Shown here piece after piece: positions 10,002-20,647 of a stretch of DNA of 47,127 bases. The stretch spans positions 1 to 47,127 of the forward strand of contig JBAWCO010000594.1 in assembly GCA_049590315.1 (NCBI GenBank). The letters run 5' to 3'. Source of the DNA: Terracidiphilus sp. GTDB lineage: Bacteria > Acidobacteriota > Terriglobia > Terriglobales > Acidobacteriaceae. Each line of letters starts with the position of its first letter. Position 1 is the first letter of the stretch. The position numbers and the translations under genes were made by a program. Below the pieces are notes generated by a model. That model was not told the origin of the DNA. It ran no database searches and saw only the letters and a list, made by a program, of their open reading frames with translations.

Positions 10002-11444
10002 CTAAACCAGCGCGTGATGGCGTTGGACGAGCGACTCCGGCTTTGCAGCGAGATAGCTGTCAACGGCGGCGGCGGCTTTGCGACCTTCAGCAATGGCCCA
10101 GACGACCAAGGATTGGCCTCGGCGCATATCGCCTGCGGCAAAGATTCCGTCGACGGAGGTCATGTAGCCGTCTTTGGTCGCCACATTACCGCGATTGTCG
10201 AGCTCAAGTCCAAGCTGCTCGATCATGCCATTGCGGACAGGGCCGAGGAAGCCCATGGCGAGGAGAACCAGATCAACGTCAAGGATGAACTCAGAGCCCT
10301 CCATAGCTTCAAACTTGGGCGGCGGGCCAACACGGACCATGTGCAACTGCTTCACATTGCCGTTTTCATCGCCGGTGAATTTCAAGCTATTGATGCTCCA
10401 GTCGCGGATGCCGCCCTCTTCATGCGCGCCTTCCGTACGCAGTTGGAGAGGCCAGAGCGGCCATGGAGTTGAGGCTGCGCGCTGCTCAGGTGGCTTGGGC
10501 ATGATTTCGAACTGGTGAACGCTAAGCGGATTCTGACGATGTGCGGTTCCCAGGCAGTCTGCGCCTGTGTCTCCGCCGCCGATGATGACGACGCGCTTGC
10601 CCTCGGCGTGGATGGCGGTTGAATCGACGTGATCGCCCTCGCAGCGATGGTTCTGCTGAGGCAGGTATTCCATGGCGTAATGAACGCCTTTGAGTTCGCG
10701 ACCGGGGATTTTGAGGTCGCGCGGCTGTTCGGCGCCGCCGCAGAGAAGAATTGCGTCATAGTGCTCGGTCAACGATTCAATAGGAACGTTCACGCCTACA
10801 TGCGCGTTGGTGAGGAAGGTGACACCTTCGGCGCGCAGCTGTTCGATGCGGCGATCGAGAACGTGCTTTTCAAGCTTGAAATTGGGAATGCCGTAGCGCA
10901 GCAGACCGCCGATACGGTCGGCCTTCTCATACACAGTCACGGAGTGGCCGGCGCGACGCAACTGCTGCGCGGCGGCCAAACCAGCCGGCCCGCTGCCGAC
11001 CACGGCGACACGCTTGCCCGTGGCCTGCTCTGGTGGTTCGGGATGAATCCATCCCTCGGCCCAGGCACGGTCAACGATGTTGCGCTCGATGAGCTTGATG
11101 GAGACGGCGGGCTGATTGATGCCGAGGACGCAGGCGGCCTCACAAGGCGCGGGGCAAATGCGTCCGGTGAACTCAGGAAAGTTATTGGTGGCGTGAAGGC
11201 GCTTGATGGCGGCTTCCCAGCGACCGTTGTAAACCAGGTCGTTCCAGTCGGGAATTAGGTTGTTGACCGGGCAGCCGCTGTGGCAGAAGGGGACGCCGCA
11301 ATCCATGCAGCGAGCACCTTGCTCGCGCTGCTTCGCTTCAGGGAATAGCTCATAAATCTCGAACCAGTCCTTGACTCGGTCTTCGACTTTGCGACGGCCG
11401 GGCTGCTCACGCTCAATTTCAAGAAAGCCAGTGTCCTTACCCAT
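10002..11444 (-). CDS. gltD: Glutamate synthase small (beta) subunit
   Basis: MGKDTGFLE start; [18 protein letters not shown] and CPAPCEAAC Fe-S motifs; GSGPAG and GGGDTG nucleotide-binding motifs; [18 protein letters not shown]. Overlaps the gltB stop by 8 bp. Confidence 0.96.
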   Translation of the reverse strand: MGKDTGFLEIEREQPGRRKVEDRVKDWFEIYELFPEAKQREQGARCMDCGVPFCHSGCPVNNLIPDWNDLVYNGRWEAAIKRLHATNNFPEFTGRICPAPCEAACVLGINQPAVSIKLIERNIVDRAWAEGWIHPEPPEQATGKRVAVVGSGPAGLAAAQQLRRAGHSVTVYEKADRIGGLLRYGIPNFKLEKHVLDRRIEQLRAEGVTFLTNAHVGVNVPIESLTEHYDAILLCGGAEQPRDLKIPGRELKGVHYAMEYLPQQNHRCEGDHVDSTAIHAEGKRVVIIGGGDTGADCLGTAHRQNPLSVHQFEIMPKPPEQRAASTPWPLWPLQLRTEGAHEEGGIRDWSINSLKFTGDENGNVKQLHMVRVGPPPKFEAMEGSEFILDVDLVLLAMGFLGPVRNGMIEQLGLELDNRGNVATKDGYMTSVDGIFAAGDMRRGQSLVVWAIAEGRKAAAAVDSYLAAKPESLVQRHHALV

Positions 11445-14400
11445 TTTGCACCTCTGCAGCCGCCAGCAGAGGCGACGTCGTTGTGGGGGATGCATAGACC
11501 GCTTCCGCTTCCGGATGGGTCCGTGGAACTCCCAGTACACGTTTATACTCGTGCGGGAAAACCTTAATGAATTGCGCCTGCGCCTCAGCCCAGTGCTCGA
11601 GGATCCATGCGGCGCGGGGGCTGCCGGTCAGGTCGCGGTGGCGCTCAAGCAGGCCGCGAACCCTGCTGACATCTTCAGCGGACTGGAGAGGATCGAGATC
11701 GACGCTTGCAGGATTGCAGCGACGCGAAGTGAAGTCGCCTGCTTCGTCGTAGACATAGGCGATGCCTCCGCTCATGCCGGCGGCGAAGTTGCGTCCAGTG
11801 GTGCCGAGCACGACGACGGTGCCATTGGTCATGTACTCGCAACCATGGTCTCCTACGCCCTCGACGACAGCGGTCGCGCCGGAGTTACGAACGGCGAAAC
11901 GCTCGCCGGCGATGCCGTTGAGGAAGACCTCGCCGGCAGTAGCGCCGTAGAGAACGACGTTGCCGACGAGGATGCTTTCCTCGGGAAGGAAGCTGGAGGT
12001 TTTGGGCGGATAAGCGATGATGCGTCCGCCTGAAAGACCTTTGCCCAGGTAGTCGTTGGAGTCGCCCTCGAGCTCGAGCGTGACACCACTGGGGACGAAT
12101 GCGCCGAAGCTCTGTCCGGCGGAGCCGCTGAATTTGAAGTGGATGGTGCCGTCTGGTAATCCGGCTGATCCGTAGCGTCGGGCGATTTGGCCGCCCAGCA
12201 TGGCGCCGACGGTGCGATGGACGTTGCGGATGGCGAAGCTGGCGGTGACCGGAGTCTGCGACTCAAGGGCCGGCGCAGCTTTGGCGATGAGCGCGTGATC
12301 GAGAGCGGTGTCGAGACCGTGATCCTGGGCCTGCATCTTGCGGCGCGCAACACGGGAGGGTAGAGTGGGCGAGTAAAGGATCGAAGAGAGATCGATGCCC
12401 TTTGCCTTCCAATGAACATCGGCGACGGCGGCGTCGATCTTGTCGACGCGGCCTACCATTTCGTCGACGGTGCGGAAGCCGAGCTTGGCCATGTGCTGGC
12501 GCATCTGCTCGGCGATGAAGAAGAAGAAGTTGATGACGTGCTCGGGCTGACCGGTGAAGCGTGCGCGCAACACCGGGTCCTGAGTGGCGATGCCGACCGA
12601 GCAGGTGTTGAGATGGCATTTGCGCATCATGATGCAGCCCATGGTGATGAGCGGGGTGGTGGCGAAGCCGAATTCCTCCGCGCCGAGCAGAGCGGCAATG
12701 ACGACATCGCGGCCGGTCTGGAGCTTGCCGTCAGTCTGCACGCGAATACGGCTGCGCAGGTCGTTGAGCAGGAGGACCTGCTGCGTCTCAGCAAGGCCGA
12801 GTTCCCAGGGCAAGCCCGCGTGCTTGATGGAACTGAGCGGGGAAGCGCCGGTGCCGCCGTTGTCGCCAGAGATGAGCACGACGTCGGCATGCGCCTTGGA
12901 GACGCCCGCCGCGACGGTGCCTACTCCGACTTCAGAGACGAGCTTGACGGCGATGCGCGCCTGGGGGTTGACGTTTTTCAGGTCGTAGATGAGCTGCGCA
13001 AGATCTTCGATGGAGTAGATGTCGTGATGCGGCGGGGGTGAGATGAGTCCGACGCCCGCGATGGAATAGCGCATCTTGGCGATGACATCATCTACCTTGT
13101 GACCGGGCAACTGTCCGCCTTCACCGGGCTTTGCGCCCTGGGCCATCTTGATCTGCAACTCGTCTGCGTTGACCAGGTAGTTCGTCGTGACGCCGAAACG
13201 TCCGCTGGCAACTTGTTTAACGGCGCTTCGGCGCAGATCGCCGTTGGTGTCGCGCTCAAAGCGGTCTTCGCTCTCGCCGCCTTCACCGGTGTTGGACATG
13301 CCGCCGATGCGATTCATGGCAATGGCCAGGGTCTCATGTGCTTCTTTGCTGATGGATCCGAAGCTCATAGCGCCGGTGGTGAAGCGCTTGACGATTTCCT
13401 TGGCCGGCTCGACTTCATCAATGGAAATCGGCTCGTCGGCGTACTTGAGTTCAAGGAGGCCGCGCAGGGTACACAGATTGCGATTTTGATTGTCGATCAG
13501 GTCGGTGTATTCCTGGAACGTGGCGGGGTTGTTGGCCCGTACGGCCTGCTGCAGTTTTCCGATGGTGAGCGGGTTGAGCAGGTGGTACTCACCGCCTTCG
13601 CGGTATTGATAATGTCCACCCACGACCAGATCGGTTTCCGATTCGGTAAGTGGCTGGAAGGCATAAGCGTGCTTGAGCAGGGCTTCGCGTGCGAGCACGT
13701 CGAGGCCGACGCCCTCAATGCGCGAGGCTGTCCCTGGGAAATAGGCGTCGACCAGCGTCGAGTTGAGGCCGACGGCCTCAAACACTTGTGCGCCGCGATA
13801 ACTTTGCAGGGTGCTGATGCCCATTTTAGAGAAGGTCTTGAGCAAGCCCTTGTTGATGGCCTTGATGAAGTTCTTCTCAGCGTACTCGGCGGTGACTTTT
13901 TCCGGAAGCAGGCCGCGGCGCTTTAGGTCGTGGATGGACTCGATAGCCAGGTAAGGATTGATAGCACTTGCGCCGTAACCGATGAGCAAGGCAAAGTGCA
14001 TGACTTCGCGCGGCTCGCCGCTCTCGATGATGAGCGCGACCTGTGTGCGGGTCTGCTCGCGCACCAAACGGTTATGCACTGCGGCCATCGCCAGCAAGCT
14101 GGGGATAGGCGCATAGGTGGCATCGACGCCACGATCGGAGAGGATGAGCAGCGTGTAGCCGGATTGCACCGCATGGGCCGCGCGGGCGCTGAGGTCTTCA
14201 AGTGAGTGGCGGAGTCCTAGTTCGCCATCCGCGGCGCGGAAGAGCGCCGGCAGCGTCGTGGCAAGTAAATCGCCCGACGAGACGCGACGCAGCTTCTCCA
14301 GGTCACGATTGGTCAGAATGGGGTGAGGCAGCTTGAGGGTGTGGCAGTTCTCAGGCGCCTCATCGAGGATGTTACGCTCCGTGCCGATGTAACTGATGAG

Positions 14401-16053
14401 CGACATCACGAGCTCTTCGCGGATGGGATCGATGGGCGGATTGGTGACCTGCGCAAAGAGCTGTTTGAAGTAATTGAACAGCGGCTGAGGACGGTCAGAG
14501 AGGCAGGCAAGTGGGACATCGGTGCCCATGGAACCGATGGGCTCCTCACCCTTGGCGCCCATAGGTCCAAGCAGGATTCGCAGATCCTCTTCGCTGTAGC
14601 CATATGCGCGCTGCCGACGCAGCAGAGTTTCAGGGTTGGAGGCGATGACGCGCGAGGGCTCAGGCAGATGGTCGAGAGTGATCTGCTGTTCCTTGAGCCA
14701 GGCAGCGTAAGGCTGGCGGGCGGCCAGTTCCTTCTTGATTTCGGCGTCGGAGATGATACGCTTTTGCACCGTATCGACCAGGAACATGCGGCCGGGCTGA
14801 AGACGCCCCTTCTTGCGAATATCTTCGTCGGGCACTTCAAGGACGCCGGCTTCGGAGGCGAGCACGACCAGATCGTCCTTGGTGACGATGTAGCGGCCGG
14901 GGCGCAGGCCGTTGCGGTCGAGTGTTGCGCCGATGACGCGGCCATCAGTAAATGCGATGGCTGCGGGGCCGTCCCACGGCTCCATCAGCGAGGCGTGGTA
15001 CTCGTAGAAGGCGCGCTTTTCTTCGTCCATGTCAGGATTGCCGGACCAGGCTTCTGGAATGAGCATGGCCATGACATGAGGCAGCGAACGGCCGGATTGA
15101 AAAAGGAACTCGACGGCGTTATCGAGCGAAGCGGAGTCCGAGTTGCCGGGACCGATGATGGGATAGAGGTGGTTGATCTTGCCGTCGTAAAGCGGGGTCC
15201 GGTAGATGGACTGGCGGGCGTTCATCCAACTGACGTTGCCGCGGATGGTGTTGATTTCGCCGTTGTGGGCTACGTAGCGATAGGGGTGGGCCAGCTTCCA
15301 GCTCGGAAAGGTGTTGGTGGAGAAGCGCTGGTGGACAAGGCAGAGCGCGCTAGTAACCAGGGGATTGGCCAGCTCGAAATAAAACTTCTCAATCTGCGGC
15401 GCCAGCATGAGGCCCTTGTAGATGATGGTGCGACAGGAGAAAGAAGGGACATAAAAGGTCTCCTTGTCTTCGATCTCGGACTCGGCAACCTCGTTCTCCG
15501 TGCGGCGGCGGATGCGGTAAAGCAAGCGCTCAAAGGCGTCCTCATCCAATTCCGCTCCATCTGAAGCTTTGGGACGGCCTACGAAGAGTTGCTCGATGTA
15601 AGGCTGGGAGTTGCGGGCCTCGCGGCCGACGGCATTGCCGTTGACCGGCGTATCGCGCCAGCCGAGGACGACGAGGCCTTCTTCCTGTGCAATGCGTTCG
15701 AAGACGCCTTCACATTGCAGGCGGCTATGCTTGTCCACGGGAAGAAAGCACATGGCCACGCCATAAGCGCCGGGGCCGGGTAGCTGAATTCCCAACTCGC
15801 CACACTCGCGCGCAAAAAAGGTGTGGGGAATCTGAATCAGGATGCCGGCGCCGTCTCCGGTCTCGGGGTCGCAACCCGCGGCCCCGCGATGGGTGAGGTT
15901 GATGAGAACCTCAAGACCTTTGCGGATGATTTCGTGACTCTTTTCGCCGCGAATGCTGGCGACCAGTCCCATACCGCAGGCATCGTGTTCATTCCGTGGG
16001 TGATAAAGACCCTGCGGCGGTGGAGTGTGGAGACGACTATCCGATGTATGCAT
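11437..16053 (-). CDS. gltB: Glutamate synthase large (alpha) subunit
   Basis: EHDACG Ntn cysteine, [56 protein letters not shown] (3Fe-4S), GXGXG C-terminal repeats. AAGAAGG RBS precedes the ATG at 16053. Confidence 0.97.
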   Translation of the reverse strand: MHTSDSRLHTPPPQGLYHPRNEHDACGMGLVASIRGEKSHEIIRKGLEVLINLTHRGAAGCDPETGDGAGILIQIPHTFFARECGELGIQLPGPGAYGVAMCFLPVDKHSRLQCEGVFERIAQEEGLVVLGWRDTPVNGNAVGREARNSQPYIEQLFVGRPKASDGAELDEDAFERLLYRIRRRTENEVAESEIEDKETFYVPSFSCRTIIYKGLMLAPQIEKFYFELANPLVTSALCLVHQRFSTNTFPSWKLAHPYRYVAHNGEINTIRGNVSWMNARQSIYRTPLYDGKINHLYPIIGPGNSDSASLDNAVEFLFQSGRSLPHVMAMLIPEAWSGNPDMDEEKRAFYEYHASLMEPWDGPAAIAFTDGRVIGATLDRNGLRPGRYIVTKDDLVVLASEAGVLEVPDEDIRKKGRLQPGRMFLVDTVQKRIISDAEIKKELAARQPYAAWLKEQQITLDHLPEPSRVIASNPETLLRRQRAYGYSEEDLRILLGPMGAKGEEPIGSMGTDVPLACLSDRPQPLFNYFKQLFAQVTNPPIDPIREELVMSLISYIGTERNILDEAPENCHTLKLPHPILTNRDLEKLRRVSSGDLLATTLPALFRAADGELGLRHSLEDLSARAAHAVQSGYTLLILSDRGVDATYAPIPSLLAMAAVHNRLVREQTRTQVALIIESGEPREVMHFALLIGYGASAINPYLAIESIHDLKRRGLLPEKVTAEYAEKNFIKAINKGLLKTFSKMGISTLQSYRGAQVFEAVGLNSTLVDAYFPGTASRIEGVGLDVLAREALLKHAYAFQPLTESETDLVVGGHYQYREGGEYHLLNPLTIGKLQQAVRANNPATFQEYTDLIDNQNRNLCTLRGLLELKYADEPISIDEVEPAKEIVKRFTTGAMSFGSISKEAHETLAIAMNRIGGMSNTGEGGESEDRFERDTNGDLRRSAVKQVASGRFGVTTNYLVNADELQIKMAQGAKPGEGGQLPGHKVDDVIAKMRYSIAGVGLISPPPHHDIYSIEDLAQLIYDLKNVNPQARIAVKLVSEVGVGTVAAGVSKAHADVVLISGDNGGTGASPLSSIKHAGLPWELGLAETQQVLLLNDLRSRIRVQTDGKLQTGRDVVIAALLGAEEFGFATTPLITMGCIMMRKCHLNTCSVGIATQDPVLRARFTGQPEHVINFFFFIAEQMRQHMAKLGFRTVDEMVGRVDKIDAAVADVHWKAKGIDLSSILYSPTLPSRVARRKMQAQDHGLDTALDHALIAKAAPALESQTPVTASFAIRNVHRTVGAMLGGQIARRYGSAGLPDGTIHFKFSGSAGQSFGAFVPSGVTLELEGDSNDYLGKGLSGGRIIAYPPKTSSFLPEESILVGNVVLYGATAGEVFLNGIAGERFAVRNSGATAVVEGVGDHGCEYMTNGTVVVLGTTGRNFAAGMSGGIAYVYDEAGDFTSRRCNPASVDLDPLQSAEDVSRVRGLLERHRDLTGSPRAAWILEHWAEAQAQFIKVFPHEYKRVLGVPRTHPEAEAVYASPTTTSPLLAAAEVQNG

Positions 16054-16339
16054 GGCGACCTTCTTAATGAGCTTTGTGGTGCAGTAACCATTGCGTGACT
16101 GGAAGGACACAACCGCACTGCGATTCCATGATGGGAAATCGCCCAGGTCCCTCAATAAGGTGGCCTACCGAAACAGGCCTTGCAACGTGGAGTACCGCTG
16201 AACTCTTTAATATATCGAAAATTTCGCATCTCTGTTGAAATTCATTGCTGGGGTCTGGCCCAAATTGTGGGAATCGCAGAGATGAACGCGGGGAACGACA
16301 GCGGGTGTTGAGGCTCTATCTGACAGGAGAAAGGCCGCA

Positions 16340-17551
16340 CTAGCTTAGCGTGACTGCTTGGGCGCGGACCTGGCGTAGCGGCAGAGCAGTGGCCGCGGTG
16401 AAGGATTTCTGAACTTCTGCAAGCACGGAGAGGGCGATGGTTTCAGGGGATTCAGCGCCCAGATCGAGACCCATGGGAGCATGCAGTTGGGCGAGCCAGC
16501 GCTCGGTTTGTGCAGCGCTCGCAGGCAGATTGAGCAGTCGGGCGGCTTCTGCAAGGAGTTCACGGGTGCGACGCTGCGGCCCTAGCACGCCGACATACGC
16601 TAGCTGGGCGTCAAGCGCCAGGAGAGAGGCAAGGATGTGCGAATCCTGTTCGAAACTGTGAGTCATGAGCACGGCTGCGTCGTGAGCGCGAAGATTGACG
16701 AGGGAAGGCGTCGGGGCGGGGGATTGGTTAGGGAGCAGTTCCGCTAGTGTCAGGACATGAAGTTCGTCGGCTAACGGGAAACGCTCACGAGTGGCGAGGT
16801 GCGATCGGCCGTCGGCGACAGCGACGTACCAGCCCAACTCTTTAGCGAGGCTGAGAATCGGATGGGCATCGTCGCCGGCGCCGAAGATCCAAAGGCCGGG
16901 ACGCGCCGCGCGAAAGTTGGCCCAGGCGCGGAGACTGGCATCTTGAATTGAAATGTGGCGCTCTATTGAGGCGCCGCGATCGAGCGCAAGATTTGCCAAT
17001 TCCTGAAGTTCAAGATAGATGGAGGCTGGTTGGAGTTCTCCCTCTCGAACGCCTTCGCCCGAATGATGGCGAGGGGATGGAGCACGCACAGCGAGGCGTC
17101 CGTCAGGACTGGGCAGCATGACGCCAGCGAAGGTGCGTTGACCAAGGAGAGAGCCTTCCAGAACGGTTGCGACGGCGAGCGGAATGCGACGGATGAAGGC
17201 CTGTTCCAAAGCGTGGAGAACGGGGGTAGCAGTTGTGCTGCGCTCCAGGAGGAGATAGATCACGCCGCCGCAGCCGGATCCGTAGGGAAGGTCGCCGTCC
17301 TCCTCAAGGGTCGAATAGCGCTGGATTGTGGGCCCATCCGAAGTGAGCCACCAGGCGCGCTGAGCAACCTGGGCTTCAAGGCATCCACCGCTTACAGTGC
17401 CGGCGCGACGACCATCCGATGCGAGCAACATGCAGGCTCCGGGTTTGCGATAGCTTGAGCCTTCGACTTCGATGACCGTGGCAAGAACGTAGTCCGCGCC
17501 GGCAGCTTCCAATTCGCGCCAGAGGGCCAGAATGCGCTTGAGGTCGGTCAT
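16340..17551 (-). CDS. xdhC: XdhC/CoxI family molybdoenzyme maturation factor
   Basis: LATVIEVEGSSYRKPGA, GTVSGGCLE, GCGG, IFGAGDDA, VLMTHS, YVGVLGP, HAPMGLDLGAESPETIALS. Alternative TTG start at 17569. Confidence 0.88.
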   Translation of the reverse strand: MTDLKRILALWRELEAAGADYVLATVIEVEGSSYRKPGACMLLASDGRRAGTVSGGCLEAQVAQRAWWLTSDGPTIQRYSTLEEDGDLPYGSGCGGVIYLLLERSTTATPVLHALEQAFIRRIPLAVATVLEGSLLGQRTFAGVMLPSPDGRLAVRAPSPRHHSGEGVREGELQPASIYLELQELANLALDRGASIERHISIQDASLRAWANFRAARPGLWIFGAGDDAHPILSLAKELGWYVAVADGRSHLATRERFPLADELHVLTLAELLPNQSPAPTPSLVNLRAHDAAVLMTHSFEQDSHILASLLALDAQLAYVGVLGPQRRTRELLAEAARLLNLPASAAQTERWLAQLHAPMGLDLGAESPETIALSVLAEVQKSFTAATALPLRQVRAQAVTLS

Positions 17552-17643
17552 ATTTCCATTCTCGCTCAAACAGTCTAAATGGCGCCTTCAGAATTGCGAT
17601 CCCCGAGAATTTAGATGCGCATACACAGGGAAGACAACGTCGC

Positions 17644-18633
17644 TCACGGAACAAACTTCAGCGAATAGGTTGTTGCCGGGTCCACTGGGCTGTGCAGGAT
17701 GCCGAGAGAGTTGAGTTGCTCATAGGTCGACCGCCAGCGTGCCGCGGTCATGTGGCCGGTTTGTGCGCCCGTGGCGTCGCCGCCAACGATAAAGCCGCCG
17801 TCGCGTAGAGCCTGGGAGGTGTAAGCCTCCTGCGCTGGATTGAGCGCGGGGTTGAGTTTGAGCAGATAGGCGTTGGTGGCTGTGGGATCGCTCAAGTAGG
17901 ATTGCCAACCGCGGATGCTGGCTCGCACGAACTTGGCGACAATGTCAGGGTGCTGAGCGGCAAAGTCGCGAGTAGTGAACTGGACGCGGTAGGGGTCATA
18001 ACCGGAAGAGCTGATGAGCAACGTGCGCACTTGAGCTCCAGCCTGCTTTGCGAGGAAAGGCTCACTGGTCACGAAGATTTGCTGGACGTAGCCGGGATCA
18101 GCCAGGAAGTTGGCGATGGACAGAGTGGAAGGAATCTGGCGGATCTGGCGGAGACCATACCGCGATGTGACGAACTTGATCCAGGTGGCGCCGGTCTGCG
18201 CGGCGATCGTGTGACCTTCAAGGCCCTTGAAGTCGTGAATGGGCGAGTCTTGGTGAACCATGATCGCTTGCGGGTCGTGCTGCATCGTGGCGGAGACGGC
18301 GATGACGGGAAGGCCATTCGCGTTCCACTCAAGGATGGCGTCGCTGGATCCCAGGCCGAAATCGGCTTTGCCGGTGGAGACCAGTTGAACAGCGCTGCCG
18401 TATTGGGGAAGTGGCAGAAGGGTCACATCGAGGCCCTCGGCCTTGTAGTAGCCGAGAAGTTGTGCGGCAAAGAATCCGCCATGCTCCGGTTGCGGATACC
18501 AATCGAGCTGAAGGCGGATCGGGGTTAGGCCATTCTCCGCGGTGGGTTGCTGATTGCGACAACCGCCGAGGTTGAAAGCGAGCGCGAACACGACTGCGAA
18601 CGCAGCCAGGGAGAAGAATTTGATTGATCTCAA
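17644..18633 (-). CDS. ABC transporter substrate-binding lipoprotein, NMT1/THI5 (ThiY-like) family
   Basis: Signal peptide with lipobox-like LGGC; LQLDWYPQPEHGGFFAA..GYYKAEGLDV; FVTSEPF; FVRASIRGW. TTG start with AGAGG RBS. Confidence 0.88.
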   Translation of the reverse strand: MRSIKFFSLAAFAVVFALAFNLGGCRNQQPTAENGLTPIRLQLDWYPQPEHGGFFAAQLLGYYKAEGLDVTLLPLPQYGSAVQLVSTGKADFGLGSSDAILEWNANGLPVIAVSATMQHDPQAIMVHQDSPIHDFKGLEGHTIAAQTGATWIKFVTSRYGLRQIRQIPSTLSIANFLADPGYVQQIFVTSEPFLAKQAGAQVRTLLISSSGYDPYRVQFTTRDFAAQHPDIVAKFVRASIRGWQSYLSDPTATNAYLLKLNPALNPAQEAYTSQALRDGGFIVGGDATGAQTGHMTAARWRSTYEQLNSLGILHSPVDPATTYSLKFVP

Positions 18634-18679
18634 CGCTTACCTCTAGGATTAAAAGAAGGCGTTCTTAAGGAGAAAGTTA

Positions 18680-19987
18680 TCACGGCCGAGATGATGGAGC
18701 TTTCGCATTTCTGGCGGCGCCGAGCTGGGCCGCGAGTTGCAGCAAGGCTTCGTCGTTGCCGCGGGCGGCCGCCAGTTGCATACCGCCATGGGCGCACGGG
18801 ATGGTGACCACCGGAACGCCGGCCAGGCTGAATGGCGTGGTGTATCGCAACAGGCGGGTGCGAGTCTGGCTGTGGTCCGCGCCGGCGGCGAGGCGGGCGA
18901 CGGGGATGGCGGGAAGCAGGATTAAATCGTGCTTGCTGAGGAGCTCGTCCATCTTCTGGTGGAATTTGGCGCGCCGAAAATGCAAGGTTGTACGTTCCTG
19001 TGACGTGATATGCGCGCCCCATTCAAGGCGTTCGCGGATGGCGGGAGCAATTTGCTCGAAGTGTCCGGCGTGGATGCGGGCGGCTTCCCAGGCCTGGATG
19101 GGCGCGAAGATTTCGAAGGAGTCGGCCCACCAATCTACGTTAACGACTGAGGCTCGCAGACCGAGGGATTCGAACTCGTGAATAGTGGCATGGAATTCCG
19201 CGATGATTTCCGGTTCGCAATCGTGGAGAAAACTGTCATCGACCACGGCGATGTTGTTGAATTGGGCGAGCTGAGGGGGCTCCTCGGGGGCGAAGAGGCT
19301 GGCGAGGAACGGCGCATCTTCAAGGTCGCGAAAGAGGGCGCCCATGGTGTCAAAGGATTCAGCGAGGTGCGCGGCGCGGTGCCATCGCCCTCGGCCGAGC
19401 GACGCGCGATAACCTGCCAAACCGCAGAGCGCAGCGGGCGCGCGGACGGAGCCACCAGTGTCCGTGCCGATGGCGGCAACTGCGGAGCCCTCAAGCACGC
19501 TGGCCGCCGCGCCGGAAGACGAGCCACCGGTGAGCGCGCTCGGATTGCCGGGTTGCAGGCAGTCGCCGAACTCAGGATTCTCGCCGGTGATGCCGTAGGC
19601 CAGGGGATGCAGGTGGGTCTTGCCGGTGATCACGGCGCCGGCCGCGCGAAGTCCTTTTACCAGCCAGGAATCGTGGGCTGCCGGACCGTTGAGATCGCGA
19701 TAGAATTTGACTCCGCAACTGGTGGGGGCACCCGCCAAATCGAAACAATCCTTGACCGAGATGGGCAGTCCCCAGAGGTTGTTGAGTCCGTCGCCAAATG
19801 GCCGAGGCTCCGCTTCCGCGCGCGCCGCTTCTGCTCGGGTCCACGCCGCGTCCTGCCAGAGATAGGTGTTGTGGCTCGCATTCTTGTTGGAGCGGGCAAG
19901 TGCCTCCTCAGCCAAATCAGAGGGCCGCACCGCGCGACTGGCCAGAGATGAGCGAAGGTCGCGAATGGTCCACGGAAGAGTGGTCAT
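18680..19987 (-). CDS. Amidase-signature family enzyme (AtzE/HpxY/GatA-like fold)
   Basis: Lys-cisSer-Ser triad motifs ISVKDCFD, TGGSSSG, GTDTGGSVRAPAALCG. Confidence 0.88.
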   Translation of the reverse strand: MTTLPWTIRDLRSSLASRAVRPSDLAEEALARSNKNASHNTYLWQDAAWTRAEAARAEAEPRPFGDGLNNLWGLPISVKDCFDLAGAPTSCGVKFYRDLNGPAAHDSWLVKGLRAAGAVITGKTHLHPLAYGITGENPEFGDCLQPGNPSALTGGSSSGAAASVLEGSAVAAIGTDTGGSVRAPAALCGLAGYRASLGRGRWHRAAHLAESFDTMGALFRDLEDAPFLASLFAPEEPPQLAQFNNIAVVDDSFLHDCEPEIIAEFHATIHEFESLGLRASVVNVDWWADSFEIFAPIQAWEAARIHAGHFEQIAPAIRERLEWGAHITSQERTTLHFRRAKFHQKMDELLSKHDLILLPAIPVARLAAGADHSQTRTRLLRYTTPFSLAGVPVVTIPCAHGGMQLAAARGNDEALLQLAAQLGAARNAKAPSSRP

Positions 19988-19993
19988 GCAACG

Positions 19994-19999
19994 ATTGTA
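19994..19999 (-). promoter_or_regulatory. -10 element of a probably leaderless amidase transcript
   Basis: Minus-strand TACAAT lies 6 nt upstream of the ATG at 19987, with no Shine-Dalgarno. Confidence 0.55.
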
Positions 20000-20005
20000 G
20001 GGGGT

Positions 20006-20034
20006 AAAAATCGAGCTGCGCGAGTGCGATTTTT
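20006..20034. promoter_or_regulatory. Inverted repeat between divergent promoters, candidate operator
   Basis: AAAAATCG-N13-CGATTTTT in the 85-bp divergent gap. Confidence 0.4.
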
Positions 20035-20058
20035 CAACCCTGAACGAGCAGCCAGTCG

Positions 20059-20067
20059 TGCTAAGTT
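20059..20067 (+). promoter_or_regulatory. Extended -10 element of a probably leaderless deaminase operon transcript
   Basis: TGcTAAGTT 5 nt before the ATG at 20073, with no SD. Confidence 0.5.
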
Positions 20068-20072
20068 CGAGT

Positions 20073-20630
20073 ATGGGAGTTAAGGCAACCGCCGGGGGCC
20101 GCGAGATCGGGAAGAGATCAACTGTCCCGGATGCAAGCGTTGATCTGGAGCGAATGGCTGCGATTGCTGCTTTTACTGCGCGCTCATTGCGTACTCAGAA
20201 TCCAAGGCCTTTTGGCGCTTCGATCGTACACACGAAATCCGGAAAGCTGCTGCTTCGCGCATTGAATGCGGTCCGGCAGGAGTTCGATCCGAGCGCGCAT
20301 GCCGAAGTTCGTGCGATCCGGCTGGCAACTAAGCGGCTGAAGCAACTATCTCTGGCCGGATACACGCTCTACTCTACGTGCGAACCGTGTCCGATGTGCA
20401 TGAGTGCGGCGCTTTGGGCGGGAGTGGATCGCGTAGTCTATGGGGCGACAATCGATGATGCAAATCAGCATTGCAATCAGATACAGATTCCAGCGATCGA
20501 AGTGGCCCGTCGCAGCGATATGAGTTGTGCTGTGGATGGGCCGATTCTGCGCGACGAGTGCTATGCTCTTTTTACTCATCCCCAGATGTTGCGGGCATTT
20601 CGTCTTTGGTCCACACGCAAGAGAAGTTGA
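20073..20630 (+). CDS. Zn-dependent nucleoside/nucleobase deaminase (CDA/TadA/GuaD fold), substrate unknown
   Basis: PFGASIV, DPSAHAEVRAIR, LYSTCEPCPMC, VVYGA. Start uncertain (GTG 20058 or ATG 20073). Confidence 0.85.
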   Translation: MGVKATAGGREIGKRSTVPDASVDLERMAAIAAFTARSLRTQNPRPFGASIVHTKSGKLLLRALNAVRQEFDPSAHAEVRAIRLATKRLKQLSLAGYTLYSTCEPCPMCMSAALWAGVDRVVYGATIDDANQHCNQIQIPAIEVARRSDMSCAVDGPILRDECYALFTHPQMLRAFRLWSTRKRS

Positions 20631-20647
20631 TTGGAGAGGTCTTTCCA

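Noticed and set aside
12412..15564. Long plus-strand ORFs (209, 275, 413 aa) opposite gltB, and similar ORFs opposite the TonB receptor, xdh and other genes
   Set aside because: Antisense shadow ORFs expected from GC-rich codon bias; they carry no recognisable motifs and fully overlap well-supported genes.
16181..16197. Sigma-54-like site upstream of gltB (minus-strand CGGTACTCCACGTTGCA)
   Set aside because: GG-to-GC spacing is 11 nt rather than the required 10.
18680..19987. Amidase as GatA
   Set aside because: No gatB/gatC nearby, it is shorter than typical GatA, and the context is catabolic.
20471..20647. Extended upstream starts in the ORF track for the FAD oxidoreductase (and likewise for gltD, the ABC ATPase, mocA, uraH, allE and hpxZ)
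   Set aside because: The extensions overlap neighbouring genes. Internal starts with an RBS or stop/start coupling fit the family N-termini better.
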